Position numbers and translations under genes: made by a program. A DNA stretch of 64,000 nucleotides, taken from positions 20,358,210-20,422,209 of the forward strand of contig NC_134030.1 in the NCBI RefSeq assembly GCF_964204645.1, given 5' to 3'. Each line of letters starts with the position of its first letter. Positions within the stretch are counted from its first letter, which is position 1. Positions 1 through 12,400 of this stretch are shown here, in pieces. Below the pieces are notes generated by a model. It was given only the letters and a program-made list of their open reading frames with translations, made no database searches and was not told the origin of the DNA. This stretch comes from Tubulanus polymorphus (lineage: Eukaryota > Animalia > Nemertea).

Positions 1-333
1 CAAAATCCCGTACAGAAATCAACATCTTCCTGTGCGAAATTCTCGAGTAGGCTATTTGGGGTACGAACATGACGGATCTGAGCGCTCACTTATATCCAAG
101 GTCTACTGGGCAAAATGTCCGCATTTTGGTGGCCTGCCTCATCAAATCTTATATCATATGAAAGCATAGTGTGTTTACAAACAAAATGAACTTGAACTTG
201 CAATACGTGAAAATAAACTGGAGCTGATTCTGTATCGTGATTGATGTCAATTTTCCCTTGAAATCTTTGAGGAGTAATAGACACTAATAGACACTACATA
301 GCTAAATTCCTGAGTGCTAATGGGTAAGGTTAA

Positions 334-613
334 CCCTTTCAGTGCGTCTACAGCGCAGTGCGGTGTACAAATCAGTGATAGATTTTGCTAGTACACCGCC
401 CTGCGGTGTATTGATGTAATTAGTGATTAGTAATTATCTTTCTTGAAAAATGGCAGCACCTGTCGAACATAGTGAAATACTAGTAACTAACGATACACTG
501 TGTAGACGCACTATAGTGGTATTCTCGTTATTAAACACACTAGGGTGGAATTTTTTAAAATTTTCAAATTATCTCCAGCACTATAGGGTATTGATTAGCC
601 AGCATTGAAAGGG
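334..613 (+). mobile_element. piggyBac-like non-autonomous element (about 280 bp)
   Basis: TTAA|CCCTTTCAGTGC ... GCATTGAAAGGG|TTAA; internal ACACCGCAGTGCGGTGT-type palindromes; further copies in this window. Confidence 0.85.
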
Positions 614-2539
614 TTAAATCCATGACAAGCTCACAGTTTCATCTGTGTCATCCGTTAGTAGTGCCTGATATTTGATAAGCTCGCGCGCGCGCATTTATAC
701 GACCTAAATTCGTATTTTTATTCAACCACACAAAAGGACCCGAAACGTCGATCTCCGGCAGGCGTTATCTCAATCAATATTTGCGATCACTCGACGATGT
801 ACGCGCGATCTGATAATTTTCCATAAACACTTTCGATATATAGCGCTGACCACGATCGGTTGGCGATTTGCCAGACGTCCTGTTTACGCGAAAACGAGTG
901 TTCGAATACTACACGTTGGCTCGTTGCCAATACCGCGGTTGCGGTTTTTCGCGTTACGAAATTTTTGCAGGGATTTTTCGAAGGTGAACCCGGTGTCCTT
1001 GTGCCCCCTTTTTCGCGTAAAGCGGTTCCATTTAACGGATATCTGTTGATAAATCTCGAGTTCAAGGCATTTTTATTTGATAAGCTATGATCGTAGTAAA
1101 TTTGAGTTTCCATTACGCCTACTCAAAGGTTTGCGGGTTAAGCAAATCACGAAAAATGGTTTTAAAGGAGTCGACTAAGCGTTAGTTTGTGGAGGAAAAA
1201 ATGTTAAGGTCCCGATTTTGTGCTTGCTCAAAAGTTGGTTCGAGTTGACCAGTGGATAGTTGACATAGTGACAATTAAAAGTTTATCGTTACTATGGTAT
1301 CTATCCACTGGTTATCTTTAACCAACTTTTGAGCGACTGGTCCCTGATTTTGTACTCGCCTTGCACTTAAATGTCATAAATGTGCCGCCGATTGCTACTT
1401 TTTGGTTTAGTCCCACGAGCCATCTGAAAATCTTTGTCACATCATGTGTAGTGCTAATATGATCAGTTAATCAAGTGCACGTCACTTTTGGGACATATGA
1501 CATGTTCTAGACATTTGACATGTCCTAGTGCATGAGTAACACAAGTGATATTGTAATGGTTTGACAAATCATAATGACCAGTTACAACGTCTATCATGGG
1601 CGCAATTCAATAAAACAGTGCATTTTTCAATACATTTTCCGCGTCTAAAGTCTTGTTTATGTTTACTTTAGTTTAAACCTCACCGCGCTAAACCGTGCCA
1701 AATCATCCGTAGAGAATGCTTTGAATTCGGCATAAATCAATTATTCATCTGTAAAACCGCCTTCAGGCAAGTTACGTCCCTACCACAGCTGAATCAATTA
1801 AAAATGCGTTAGGTTTATGTTCAGCCATGTTTTAAGTCGAACGTAAGCCGCGATCATGCAGAGATGATTTAGCCTTAAATCTAAATTTGGCCCGTGTCTA
1901 ATAAAAGATCGTGTTCACGCAAACCACTCACTAATGACTCTAAAGTGACAAAGTGAAGTGAGGCCCGGGCCCAACATGCACAAGTCCATTTGGTAGTTCC
2001 GGGCCAAATTTACCCCGAGCCAAACATGCTCGTCCGATCGTGGCTATAGTGTCTATCATCTTAAGGAGCATCAAACATACACTTTGATGTCCTATATTCT
2101 TTTAGTATAGTCTTGTTTATTAGAATGACCAGATACGTGGCCCGCGGCTTTCGAGGGAGAGAGTAATTGCCGAGGGGGGCTCGAAATTTTAGGTCGCAAG
2201 GCGTGATTCTAGATATTACTATTATCGTTGGTATTATTATGAATCGTTTTTTCGTCAACAATCAACGTGCTCCTCTTCGGCTAACTCCTGGTGAGAATGT
2301 ATCTCTTTTTGAGCCCCATCAAATTAAGTTACAGGGCTCCTACAGCCCCTAAAATTCCTAAAATACCTTAAAATTCCTAAAATACCCTAAATTTCTGGCT
2401 TCGAGACCTCAGGCCCCTAAAATACCCCTAAAATGTTTATGTTTTCAAGTACCTGTTGCTTGAAAACATAAACATTGGAACTATCCATCTGCTGGTCAGT
2501 GACCGCAGAGGATCATAAGGTATATTTCCATCCGAACCT

Positions 2540-3408
2540 ATATTAAGACCTGTCAAGCCATCATTCGCGCGACTGACCTCAGATTAAACCGTCATATTTG
2601 AGGTTTACGCCGCGTTTCGGAAGATTATACAAGTCTTATCAGAGCGTCGAAGAAATATCTACAGGCCTAGTATATATACGAAATGAAGTGCTTTTTGATA
2701 AGCGCGGATAAGGATCGGCCTAGAAGCGCGCGTTCGCGGGTTGATAATTCAGTTGAAACAATCGGTTTGTTCGGTGTCCGCGTCACGTGACAACCCGTCG
2801 AAATGTCGTAAGTTATATATATATATATATGACGTAGATGTCTTTTATCAACCATTATTCTAAGAGTATTTAGGCCTATAAGTCGGCATATCGGACTTAT
2901 ACCTTTCGGATCCAGTCTGTTTTTTTTTTACTCGTAATATCTCGGGCGTTATGTTTCTCGAATGTTCATCGCGCGAGTTCACCACCGGCGACATCGGAAA
3001 CTTTAGTTTCTAAACACAATTTCGGGCGTTTATTCATCGGAGCCGGTCGTTACGATGCGCCCGCTGAGACTACATTTGTTTAATTGCCGCGTGCGCATGG
3101 GCTCGCACGGCGCCGCCAAAGTCGTCTATTGCTGAAACTGTCGGGGACGCGACTAACGCTCATCGGAGGCAGCATTTTTTGACGCAGGGTATTTATAAAC
3201 GTCTCTCGTCGTATCCGCGCACAAATATCGTAGTTTTGTTTTTTTTTTAAATTTTACGGAAATTTTTTTTCCGCCGCCGAATACTCGCATAATCTTCTCA
3301 TCTCGCGGAACTAACGCTTTTAGAAACTGCCGGTGAAAACAAAAAACGGTTTCAGTATTAGTTTTTCGACTACTCCTCGTAATCGGCGTTGTATATAGAA
3401 CACTCGCG
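2540..3408 (+). promoter_or_regulatory. CpG-rich putative promoter/5' UTR of the TFCP2-like gene
   Basis: CpG-dense stretch directly upstream of ATG 3409, with a palindromic extended E-box GTCACGTGAC at 2782-2791 and a TGACGT half-CRE near 2830. Function is inferred only. Confidence 0.35.
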
Positions 3409-6400
3409 ATGAGCGCGAACGGTTTGATCGGGAACAGTAACAGCCAAGCGGCCGCCGCGTGTCACGGTTTGATCGGGCAGTTCTTGAATCAGGCGTCGTA
3501 TAATTTGAACTCGAGTAATTACAGCTTTACCCTGCCCCCGGTCGATGACAGTATGTTGTAAGTAACCAGTAACGTATATATAGCCAGGGTCCGTACGACT
3601 CCTTGAATCTTGAAAAACTCCCTAAATCAAAAATGCTTTTAAAAGGTAACAAATAAAAACCCACAGTTAGGTTTGTAAAACAGGATCCAGTTCCACAGTT
3701 GCGAGTTAGAGTTGAAACTCTGAGTTGAAATTAGTTAATTTTCAATGAGTTAACTCTGGGTCAAATCTTAACTCACAACTGTGGAACTGGGTCCTGTATA
3801 TTTTTGTTGACAGTTTCGAAGCTTTAAATAAGCCCCGTCATCAGAAGAACAAAGACACAAAAAAAAAATACAAAAAAAAAAAATTTAAAAAGTGTTTTTG
3901 TTCCTCTGATGATGGGGCTTCGTTAAAGCTCCGAAACTGTCAAGAAAATATATTGTTTTACGGACCTAACTGTGGGTTTTTATTTGTTAACTCTACACTG
4001 AGATAGGTATCAGTAATTGCAGCTTTAAAAGGTGCTTGAAACTCCTATTTTGAATCATAGGCAATTAGCAATTTTTCTTGTCCGTATGGTGCTCGAAATA
4101 TCTAAACTTCTATGTAGACTTACTATAAGTTCATGTTGAATATTACCAAAACATCGAAAATATCTGTCGATGACTATCACATGGTACAAATCGAATCGCC
4201 TTGAATGACCCGTAACCTGAATTTTCTGCGATTGAAAGAGCCGCCATTTTGATATTTGATATATTGCCGAACGCTGCTGTCGCAGGTGGCATCTTGCAAG
4301 TCGAATCAAAGCGCAGCGAATTGCGATCCTGCTGTGTTGGGTACCAGCGTTGGTACTTTGATTTGAGGCGAATTTAACACGTCAAATCAAATTCGATTTT
4401 AAGTAAAATCGTTTTCGTCTTGTCATAACCAAATTTGATATGGTCTAATTTTTTAATTTAACACGGCATCAAATTCAAATCGATTTGTCAAATCATCAAA
4501 TCGCCCCTGGAGGTGATTAGATACGATTTGAAGATGGGAGGCGCACAAATTTTTTTCGAAAAACTGATATAAATGTGCAAAACGGAAAGAGAAACCTGAA
4601 ACTCATTCATAGGAAATAATATTTTAAAAAGTGGGACAGCATTTTCTTGTCAGCCGTTTCGAACAAGGCGTCAAATTCATCTTGTTGTGCAAATCTTATT
4701 TGATTAGATTACGCGTGACTAGCAAATTATGATTAGGAAAATCAAATCTGATTTGACAAGATAAATTCGCCTTAAATACGTATATGGACGTTGTATGGAA
4801 ATCGTAGGCGCATTGCTGAAATAAAAAACACTCCACAATCCAGTTCCACAGTTGTGAGTTAGAGTTAACTCTGAGTTAAACTTAGTTCATTTTCAATGAG
4901 TTAACTCTGAGTTAAATCTTAACTCTGAACTGTGGAACTGGATCGTCACATTGAAATAAAAATGCCTCTGATGATCGCTCTGATGATTTAAGTGAAATAT
5001 TCGCGCGTCGAAAATCATGAGCACGCCGGAAATATTCTAGGGCCAATATCCACACGGGCAGAAGAAAATTCATTAGATATGTCTTCAAATTTTGTAGATT
5101 TATTTGAATGGAAACAAAATCCCACACTTAAAACGAAAAACTGTAGAAACACCTTAAGTAAGTTCTATTATTGCTGTAGCTGACTATTAGGATAGAATAG
5201 TAAAAAAACATTGAAATCAATCAAGAAATCAAGGAATCTTTTCAGAATATGTTCTCTAATTTATGTTGGATTTGTAACTAAATTGATTTTAGGCATCCGT
5301 GAAATCAGTCACATGAACCGCACGCACTGACTTCATGACTTTCACGAGGACACTTTTTTCAACTTCAACATTTTAAACGAATGAGCCAAAAAATGACTAA
5401 TCTTAGTTTCGTCTAGACAATATCATATAAATACGATAGCTTAAAAAGTCGAAGTTAATTATTTTGAAAATTTAACTATCTTGATCGAGCGTGACCAGCT
5501 GTTTTTGGGCTTGAATTTTTGCGAACGATTTTTGCGGGGCCCTGTGAAGAAAAATGTTTAAAAAACCTCATAGGGGGGCCTAAGTGTAATTCTGGGCATT
5601 TCCATTGATAACTTAAATTGGGGATGGTATCAAATGCTAAGTTTCATACTGGTACGGGCCATTGGATCTTGTACTATGACTTACAGCCTACATGGTAGGA
5701 GCAATAAGTCTGAGGGTGCGTGAATTGATAATTGGTTAGAATTTGCAGGCAGGTTTTTTCCTGCCCCTCGGTCTTACAACCCACCTCAGCCCGTCGTTTT
5801 GGAGTAAATGTTAAACAATTTTCAGATGAACAGATTATATCGAAAAGTATTTAATGATGATATTTGTTTCTCTTTTTCAGTGAAGCATTGTTGGCATTGC
5901 CTGTGTTTAAACAGGAACACCTTGATGATCTCAATAAAATCAACAGGTAAGTTAGTAACACAGAGGTGCAACTTAGTGTCAAGCAAGTTGCATGTAGCTA
6001 CATTTACGGTTGTACCATTTCTTCAGCTGTGACTTTATGATTATAATCTTTGTGCACAGCTCAATGGTTGCACATGTTTGTAAGTTTAAACCCAATAGTT
6101 GCAGCACATGGGTCAGTTATAACCCAATAGTTGTACAAGGTTGTGAATCGTAACTCTATAGTTGCGCATAGTTGTCAGTTGATAGCCAATAGTTGTACAT
6201 AGTTGTCAGTTGTGAGTCAAATGTTGTACAATACATGGTTGTCAGTTGATAGCCAATAGTTGTACATAGTTGTCAGTTGATAGCCAATAGTTGCACATAG
6301 TTGTCAGTTGATAGCCAATAGTTGTACATAGTTGTCAGTTGTGAGTCAAAAGTTGTACATAGTTGTCAGTTGATAGCCAATAGTTGTACATGGTTGTCAG

Positions 6401-9400
6401 TTGTGAGTCAAAAGTTGTACATAGTTGTCAGTTGATAGCCAATAGTTGTACATGGTTGTCAGTTGTGAGTCAAATGTCGTACTAAGTTGTCAGTTGATAG
6501 CCAATAGTTGTGCATGGTTGTCAGTTGTGAGTCTATTGTTGTACATAGTTGTCAATTGATAGCCAATAGTTGTACATAGTTGTCAGTTGTGAGTCAAATG
6601 TTGTACATAGTTGTCAATTGATAGCCAATAGCTGAACATGGTTGTCAGTTGTGAGTCAAATGTTGTTCATAGTTGTCAGTTGATAGCCAATAGTTGTACA
6701 TAGTTGTCAGTTGTGAGTCAAATGTTGTACAATACATGGTTGTCAGTTGATAGCCAATAGTTGTACATAGTTGTCAGTTGTGAGTCAAATGGTGTACATA
6801 GTTGTCAGTTGATAGCCAATAGTTGTACATGGTTGTCAGTTGTGAGTCAAATGTTGTACATAGTTGTCAGTTTATACTCAATAGTTGCACATAGTTGTAC
6901 ATTGTTTATGAGTTACGCATGGATTTAGGTTGTAACTCAAAAGTAATGAGCGCAATGCAAGGAGTAAATGACTGCTAATTGTTTTACGTACCATGTGCAT
7001 ATCGTTTTTCAGGTGCGCAAAACCAAATATCGCGTGTTAAGTGTTTTTACCTAATCGCTATCATAACGCGTATACGTATGAGATAAGATTGAATGCGGTA
7101 TTGTTTTCTTTAGGCCTTTTACGTGTATGTTTTTCGACAAGCCGTTCTAGGAAAAGGCCGCTAATCTAGAAAATCGCTATCGGCTAATGACGTGCGTAAA
7201 ACAAACTGGAATTCTTTGCGGGCCCGATCGGAAATTCTAAAGAAATCAGGCGATCTGCTGATCGTAGTTCTTGAGCGATAAACCCCACGCTATTTTACTG
7301 ACTCGGCTTGTAATTACTGATATAAGTACAAGAGCACTGTAGTATTTAGTGAATGTTGTTGACGACAGGGCGGAGCGAAACAATCACGTAGAAACAAGGC
7401 TAACAAGACCAAAATGACGCGTCTATTTTGAATGCTTGATGAGATATTGCCAGGTCAAAATTTCGAAAAAATTTGCATTAACTTGAGAACCCTTTCGGCC
7501 ATATCATCACTTTTATTTCGTGGATACAGTGTTTTTAATTTTCATTTGAAGCAAAAATCCCAAAAATTACGTGTCTGGATTTTTTCCCCATACCCTATCC
7601 TCTCAGAAATAGAATTTGGCGATTTTTGGAAAGAAGTGAAAAAATTCAAAATTTTCAGAAATTTGCACGCATGCTTTATATTAGACTGCTTAGAAAAAAA
7701 TTTTACAACAAACAGTTTCCTAAAAATAATTGTTTTAGGTTTCGACTCTTTTCTACGACTTTTTAACCCTTTCAATGCATCTACATCTCAGTGCGATGTA
7801 TAAATCGGTCATGGACTTGACCGATATTATCGCATCGCATTGTGCTGATGTAATTAGTAATATGTTTTTATATCTGTTGAAAAATGGCTACACCTGTCAA
7901 GCATTTTAGTAACTAATGATACACCGCACTGCAGTGTAGACACAATATAGAGGGCTGCCCTTTATTCAACGCACTGGGGTGGAATTTTTTTAAACTGTGA
8001 AATTATCTCAAGCACTTTCGGGAATTAATTAGTCAGCCCTGAAAGGGTTTAGGGCTTGAGGCAAGTTTAGTAAAATGACAGTTTTTAATTGTAGCTCTTC
8101 AGCTGAAAATACATTAAGGGCAGCATCGTCGAATGTATTTCAACAAGTCGTCGCGTACGGTTCCAGGTATCGAGAAAAAATCATTTATAACAAGCTTCAC
8201 TGATGATTTATGCAAGATTTAATGATCTAATCAGGAATCAATTGACAATTCACTTTTAGGGCAAACTTCGGTTTTTGTAGTTAGTACTGGGTGGCCGCTA
8301 ACATGGAAATCAGTCGTGGAATTTTGTTGAGATTGCTAGATCGCGCATATAATCAATCGGTTTCTGTCCATGTCTTATGCGTTAATTGATTGGATTTTTA
8401 GTGGATCAAGTCAGGGAAAACAACGTGCATCCACACTTGACGATGATCTCTAGGGTGAGATCGAAACGTCGTGTATTTTATATATTTCAGATTGTTCGAT
8501 TAATTAAATTCTTGGTTATGAAAATTCTTTTAATCCGTAGATAGTGGGTTTTTATCTTATTAAGTTGCATGTCAGGGAATAGTCATGGAGAAAAATGGGG
8601 GTCACTCTGTTTTACATATCATATAGTATATCCGACTTAGATGAAAACTGGATGGAGTGGCCACCCCTTCGTGGACTAGTGGTTCAGAGCTAATAACCGA
8701 ACCGCACTATTTCGCAATGTCGACCATCTTGGACCGAGGTCGAACTTTAAACGACCGTACTCAGTAGTGTGGTCGACAATTTCAGGACGATAGCTCCGAC
8801 TACGTTTCTGACGTTCGGTTTCGTTTATTTTGCAAATAGTCGACTAACTCCGATAACCGAAGTTTGCCCTGGTGGCGCTAGTGTGCAGTAGGACATCAAT
8901 GCTTTCCGAGTTAATCGAAATCTATTCTTATTTCCCTATAATGAAGATAGAAGATGCATGAAAATTGTGTGATATGTATGAACCGTAAAGATCTGATTTA
9001 TCCGAAAACGTGTGATTACATCATACACGGCTAAAATTCTTGGGCCAGTTGCTCAAAAGACTTACCAGGATTCAGATTTAATCGGTGCATAGTTGACATA
9101 GTGACAATTCAAACTTCACTGTTGCTATTGATTTTATCCGGTTGTCTTTAACCAACCTACCAGCAACTGCAGCCCGAGGATTAAAGATTTGTGAAGTCAT
9201 CATTTTCTTAGGCACGCCGCCTGTTGGTGAAATAACTGGCATCACTGAGACATAGCGTGCCCTGTCCATATGAATATTAGTTATCTAACATGGTTGATTT
9301 CGCTGCTTAAATCCTAATAAACGATAACAGCAAATTGATCAGAGATGAAATCGAAGCTGTTTTCGGGGAAATCGTGATCTGTCGACGAGAAATTCAGGAA

Positions 9401-12400
9401 ATTTTACGATCGTAATTTCAGCGAGGAAAATATGTTCACGTAAACCTTTTTCTACCATGAGCTAGAAAGTTTGATAACGCTACTACGTCAACAGATTTTG
9501 TTCACGCCTGTCAAAATAAAGTAATCACTCACCATTTCTTAATTGATTATTAGTTGATATCTGTTGCCTGAAACCTTCCCTGTAACCACTGAGTGAAAAT
9601 GTGCTGATAAAATGTCTAGTGTCTTGTGTCGGTTCATTTTCAACTGATAATGCCTCGTGAAAAATTCTTACAGGCTACAGATTGAGACCCCTACGTACTT
9701 TACAATTTACAGAAACCTAAATCCAGTGCGGTGTATTAATCGGGTGATACACCGCATCAAGGTGTATCAATGTAAATATAAGTAATAGTTATCAATTACT
9801 ATTGAATATGGCAGCTCCAGTCAAACATCGTGAAATATCAGTAACTAGCGATACACCGCACTGCAATGTAGACAACACCATGCCTGTTATACATCGCACT
9901 GGAGTGGGATTTCGAAACACTTTCAAATTATATCTCCGGCACTAGTACCAAAAATAAATGCACCAATGACCTTTCAGTTACAAAATTTGGTTCTCGTACC
10001 ATAAATATTTTCGATATTTTTTCTCGTTTACAGGTTTCAATACATCATGTCAGCGGCCACGTCCCCGGCGACAAAAATGAACGAAGAAACAATCACCTAT
10101 CTAAATCAAGGTTCGTTACGTTCGTAATTTGTTCATTTTTTCGTCGAGCGCTATCGTGTTTATAGCTTGAACAATACAGGGCTAATTGAACCGTCTTGAA
10201 GGAGAGGCGCAGTGGCCGAGTGGTTTAAGCCGCCGGTCATTGGTCTCGTCAATCCAGGGTTTATGGGTTCAAACCCTGGTGGCGACAGAGTTTCTTGGTC
10301 GAAGGTTCTTCTCTGGTCTCCCCCCCCCATAGGGAAAAAGAAACATCGAACCTGCTTATAATGCCCTGTGTGGCGCTTAGCGGGTTATGGGTGTAAAAAA
10401 AGATTTTAAAAAATTTAAAAAACCGTCTTGAAGATAGACCTTTGATACCGAGATTTGAGACTCCGTAAGGAAATAAGTCAGTACGCCTGATGATGGCTAA
10501 CAGTTGCTAGCCGAAACGTCGCTCCTCAAATATAATCGTTCTGATGTAGAATTTATCAATCTGGGATCGTTATTGGGGGATCTCTCTGACCTTTATCACT
10601 TAAAAAAGATGACAACATTTTCAGAATCTTGTCAAGATTCTTCGTTCGCTTGGGGGTCGTTCATTTATTACGTACGCATCAAGGGAGGAGGAGGGGTCAG
10701 TGCGATTGCGTATCGTGATGCTTAATGTATATGAAAGAATGGCCGATTTTGCGTACAGAGAGGAAAGGGGGGTTGAGAAATTCAAATTTTATGCGTACAT
10801 AATAAATGAATGGTCCCTTGAGTAGTGATATCTATAAAAATTTTGGTGTAAGAGTTCAGCTTCGAGATACGTCGTATTTTACAGATGGTATAGATGTATA
10901 TTGTATTAACTATTGATTACTGTTTTCACAGGACAGTCTTACGAAGTGAAGATCAAGAAACTCGGCGATCTGTCCGACTGTAAGGGACAGTATTACAGGG
11001 TAAGATATCTTCGATGATTACTAATTGCGGTAAATCTTGCCGATCCTGGAGATGCATTCGGCCGTCATTTAGACGCACACTCTGACGTTGAGAATAGATC
11101 ATAAGTTCGCTATAAACGAAATTTAAAATATTGAATAGCGAAATTTGTTACCCGTACTCAAGAATTGAAAATAAGACACACGATGTTTCGAACTCTTTCT
11201 ATAGATAATAGCAGGGTTTCCAGCCGTCCTTCCAAGTCCTTCTTCGTCCTTCTCTCTGGACAATCATCATCTTTGTCCTTCTTTTTGACATAAAGTTTTT
11301 GTGTAGCAGACAGAAAAAGAGTCGGGTGGATCCTGGCGGCTTGAGGTGTAATAGGACTCTGGGTTTCCACCTTCCAAGTCTTTCTATGTCCTTCTTTTGG
11401 AAAAAGTTTGGACAAACATCATCTTTGTCCTTCTTTTTGACTCTAAGTCCTTCCTTTTGATCAAAAAGTCCTTCCAAATTTGATTCTTATGTAATTTCCG
11501 CGCGCAATTTTGTCGCGAATTCAACTGTTGAAGTATTTTATTACTCGGGCCTGGTAATTCAATTATCAGTAAGATTGAACATACAGAAAAGTGTTACGGA
11601 ATTATACCCTGAAATGTATGACTGGTCTATATGACTAGTATTCCGGCAGAGGCATTGCGAAAATGTTCTTGAGGGCCCCTCATTTTACTGGAAAGTACTT
11701 CTTTCCGAGTCCAAAAGTCCCTCCTTTTAAGTCTAAAATCGTGGAAAAACTCCTTCGTAGTACTTCTTTTTATCCTGGTCTTACCACTGGAAACCCTGAA
11801 TAGTTTTGATGATGATCTCTAGGTGGAATCCGAAACTCAACGCTTTAACTACGTGGTGTTTTTGATATTTTCTCACTTCAAGAAAAAAAAAAATTTCTTA
11901 TAGAGCGTCATACGAGTGACATTTCACGATCGTCGTCTTCAATTCATGGAGAAGGAACAACTCGAAACGTGGAAACAAACGCGGCCCGGTGATCGCATAT
12001 TCGATATAGGTGAGAGATGTGGAGATAGTAACTCCTGATGTTAGGAGAAACCTGCAATCAATCAAAACAACTGTTATTGTTTTATTCCTTACCATTAGGG
12101 CAGAATCCATCCACTCGTCTTCAGAGTTCATTCGAAAAAATATCTTTTTTTCTCCAATTTTTTCAAATAAGCTCTGAAGCTGGTGGAAGGTTTTTGCCTG
12201 AAACGTGTGGAAAAAAACAATGACAGTTGTTTTACTTGATATTGTGGGTTTATAACAGTGGTTTAAGTGGTTAAAGAGTGGCCGAGTGGTTTAAGCCACC
12301 GGTCATTGGTCTCGTCAATCCGGGGTTTATGGGTTCGATCCCCCGGTGGTGACAGAGTTTCTTGGTCGAAGGCTCTTCTCTAGTCTCTCCCCAATTGGGA

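Noticed and set aside
787-1113. 108-aa and 76-aa ORFs in a CpG-rich patch
   Set aside because: No recognisable domain or convincing splice context; may be regulatory sequence or UTR.
10205-10285. tRNA gene (also 12277, about 28675-28750, 33300-33330, 45447)
   Set aside because: A/B boxes continue into SINE bodies and tails, one with a TSD; I could not fold a convincing cloverleaf.
11158-11477. Lys/Asp-rich minus-strand ORFs
   Set aside because: They come from subterminal repeats of the hAT-like element at 11212-11798.
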